DNA of 64,000 bases, from positions 384,001-448,000 of the forward strand of contig CAXXIN010000007.1 in NCBI GenBank assembly GCA_963665275.2. The letters run 5' to 3'. A program made the position numbers and the translations under genes. This stretch comes from Negativicutes bacterium. GTDB taxonomy: Bacteria > Bacillota > Negativicutes > UBA1444. The notes below the pieces were generated by a model. That model was not told the origin of the DNA and did no database searches. It was given only the letters and a program-made list of their open reading frames with translations. Below are positions 61,369 through 64,000 of this stretch, piece by piece (position 1 is the first letter of the stretch; each line of letters opens with the position of its first letter).

Positions 61369-62767
61369 ATGAATCAGCCAGTCACTACTGAAGAGCTTAA
61401 GCCGCGAATCCTTTATGAAGTCGCCCGCGCTGCCTGGGATGGCACCCTGTCCGAGCGCCGCGAAGAAATTTGCCGGTTGGTATGCGAAGAGTTTGGTGAT
61501 CGAGTCACAAGGCACCGCGTGGCAAACCAGATTCGTGTTGCCATGGGCCTGTCCCCTCATGAACTGCCCAGCGTCGAGGGAGAAAACGACGCCGCTGCTT
61601 TGATGGGTCTGATGGACGGCCCCTTTATCGTCAACGACCCAACGGTCTGCAAACAGTGTCCCGAAGCAGGAACCTGCTGCGGTCCCGACTGCCCCCTGCA
61701 TGCTCTATCAAAACAACCGGACGACGCCGTCAACATTGATCATACAAAATGTCTCGGCGAAGGAAACTGTCTTACCCACTGCTCGTTCGGCGGTCTTACC
61801 GAAAAATCGCAATTTGTTCCGCTTATTGCAATGCTGAGGAATCAGAAGGGGCCGGTGTATGCCTCCGTCGCCCCCGCCTTTACCGGCCAATTCGGTCCGG
61901 ACGTCACGCCAGGAAAACTCCGTTCGGCTTTGCTGCAGCTAGGATTCGCAGAAATGGTGGAAACAGCCCTTTATGCTGATCTCATCACCTTGAAGGAAGC
62001 TTTCGAATTTGACGAGCACGTCCGCGAGGTCGGCGACTTTCTGATCACCAGTTGCTGTTGCCCGGTATGGATCAAGTTGATTGAAGGACGTTACACTGAT
62101 CTGGCATCCCACATTTCCCCCTCTGTCTCGCCGATGATTGCTTCAGGGCGCATCTTGAAAGCAATTGAGCCTGATGCCAAGGTGGTCTTCATCGGACCCT
62201 GCATCGCCAAAAAAACAGAGGCGACGCTGCCAGACGTGGCCGGTGCCATCGATTTTGTGCTGACTTTTCAGGAACTATCTGCGATTTTTCAGGCCACAGG
62301 CGTTGATCCTGCCACCTTGCCGGATGAAGAGAATCCCATTGCCTCCCGCGCCGGGCGCATCTACGCCCGAACCGGTGGTGTCAGCGAGGCCGTGAGCGAT
62401 ACCCTCACCCGAATACTTCCCGGTCGGGTGGGCGATCTGCAGGCCCTGAAAGTTCATAGGGATCCCCAACTGCCAAAAAGTGCTGGAACAGGCAGCGGGC
62501 GGCGCTCTTGACGCCAACTTCATCGAAGGAATGGCCTGCGTCGGCGGCTGTGTGGGAGGCCCTGGAAGGATTGTCTCTGTCGACATTGCCACGCCGGAAG
62601 TCAATGCCTATGGAGCTGCCGCCAGCGCGACCACACCGGTGGAAAACCCACAAGTATACCAAATTCTTACTCGTTTGGGCCTTGAAATGTCTGCCGCTGT
62701 TACTTCGAAGGAGAGTCCTGTCGCCACGCTGTTATCCCGTCATCTCCACCAACCCGCTGCAAAGTAG
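61369..62767 (+). CDS. Monomeric [FeFe] hydrogenase (group B-like), one frameshift near 62457
   Basis: H-cluster motifs ITSCCCPVW, FIGPCIAKKTEA and EGMACVGGCVGGP; N-terminal ferredoxin-like Cys motifs. Confidence 0.85.
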
Positions 62768-62807
62768 GGGCCCCAATGACAAACGGTAAAGGGAGACAAA
62801 ATAACGA

Positions 62808-64000
62808 ATGAGAAAGATAGGCGTTGTTGGGCCGGAACAATCGGTGGGACGAATTCTGGAAGTCGCGAAGACCATCGATATCAACATTGAGCTCGTTCCT
62901 TTCCCGTATACCGATGCTCATGAAACCGTAGACATCATGAAGATAAAATTTTCATAAAGTGAAGGGCTGGTTATTTTCCGGATCCCTTCCATACATGTTG
63001 GCCAAAGAAGCTTTCGGCACGGATGAAAATTTTGCGTATTGCGCATTCGATGGAACGGGGCCTGTATAAATGTTTCCTACAAGTGGCCTATTCGCAGAAG
63101 AAAATTCTGGAACGAATCTCCATCGACATCCCGGAAATGGAGAACCTGGCGCAGGCAATCCAGGAACTGGACATCCCGAACTGCGAAATCTACGTGAATC
63201 GTTACGGCACACAATTCGACACCCACGCAATCATCCAGTTCCATCGCGACTTATGGAACGATGGAAAAACCGATGCAGCAATCACCAGCCTCGGCGCCGC
63301 CTACGTAACATTGAAGAAGGAAGGAGCGGTTCCGGTTTACCACAACACAGTTACCGGTTCTTCAATACGAGATGCCATAAAGGTGATAACCGAAAAAACC
63401 ACTGCCTCGTTTTTTCGGAGTACGCAGGTTGGGCTGGAAGTCATAGAAATCGAAAAGTTTGACGAAGTTACAGAAAAACTTTCATCCTCTTATAACATTA
63501 AACGCCTGGAACTTAACATTTCAAAAGAGCTGATCACTCTTTCGGAAAAATTGAATGGCTGCCTCTTGGAACGTGGACGCGGCCGTTATGAAATCTCCAG
63601 CTCGCGGGGAGCCATTGACAGAGAGATGGGGTTACTAAAAGACGTTGTCAGGCAACTGTCACTGGAATTGCATGTCCCTGTCGCAGTCGGGATTGGATTC
63701 GGCGAATCTGTGTCCTCAGCTGAAATGAACGCCCGCAGAGCCCTCTTGCACGCGAAAAAACGCAAGAAAGAAAAATTGGTGATCATTCAGGAAGATGGCG
63801 TTCTGGTAGAATCAGTCGGTCAGCCAGAGGAATTAACTTATGCATACTATTCGAATGATCAGGAATTACTGGATAAACTCCATGAAGCGGACGTTGGCAT
63901 AAAAAACTTCAAAAGAATCGAAGCCACCATTCGCCGGATGGGCTGGAACACATTCACCTCATCGCAGGTCGCAGAGGAACTTGCCGTGACGGAACGTAAT
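62808..64000 (+). CDS. Putative transcriptional regulator (GGDEF-like + C-terminal HTH), frameshifted and running off the window
   Basis: MRKIGVVGP start after GGGAG; fragments GWLFSG.LPY, AVGIGFG..AEMNARRAL and FTSSQVAEELAVTERN. Confidence 0.65.

Noticed and set aside
1-64000. CRISPR arrays, IS elements, prophage, tRNA or rRNA genes
   Set aside because: No regularly spaced repeats, transposase/integrase ORFs or tRNA/rRNA signatures were seen by eye.

Overview
This is a moderately GC-rich (~50%) chromosomal window from a diderm, anaerobic Firmicute, most likely Negativicutes (Sporomusaceae-like). The assignment rests on an AsmA/TamB-like protein, Tat substrates and lipoproteins alongside sigma-H-like promoters, a SpoIIE-type phosphatase and DUF896. 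It holds transport and osmotic genes (DMT, MscS, CDF, OFA-MFS, TrkAH, Pit, Opp, UraA) and trehalose genes (fused TPS/TPP divergent from fused TreS-maltokinase). It also holds pgm, sdaAB/AA, nth, mobBA, a B12/radical-SAM enzyme and a group-B-like [FeFe] hydrogenase. No mobile element, CRISPR array, rRNA or tRNA was seen. There are five highlights. (1) A six-gene Psr/Srr-like molybdoenzyme operon whose first gene, a double-rhodanese lipoprotein, ends ACC-TGA-GGG-TAA followed by a SECIS-like hairpin, so it is probably an unannotated selenoprotein with a C-terminal Sec-Gly. (2) An orphan ~270-300 nt structured ncRNA candidate on the minus strand with its own sigma-A promoter, an 18-bp closing stem and a terminator. 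(3) A tatA / Tat-signal ferredoxin / AOR-family operon with altered active-site motifs. (4) Tandem ZTP riboswitches on a formate/oxalate-type antiporter and a NiCo riboswitch on a CDF exporter. (5) About 10 sigma-H-like promoters. Many genes at ~20-34 kb, ~56 kb and ~62-63 kb are broken by single-base indels, most likely long-read assembly errors. All calls come from reading motifs by eye; no searches were run.
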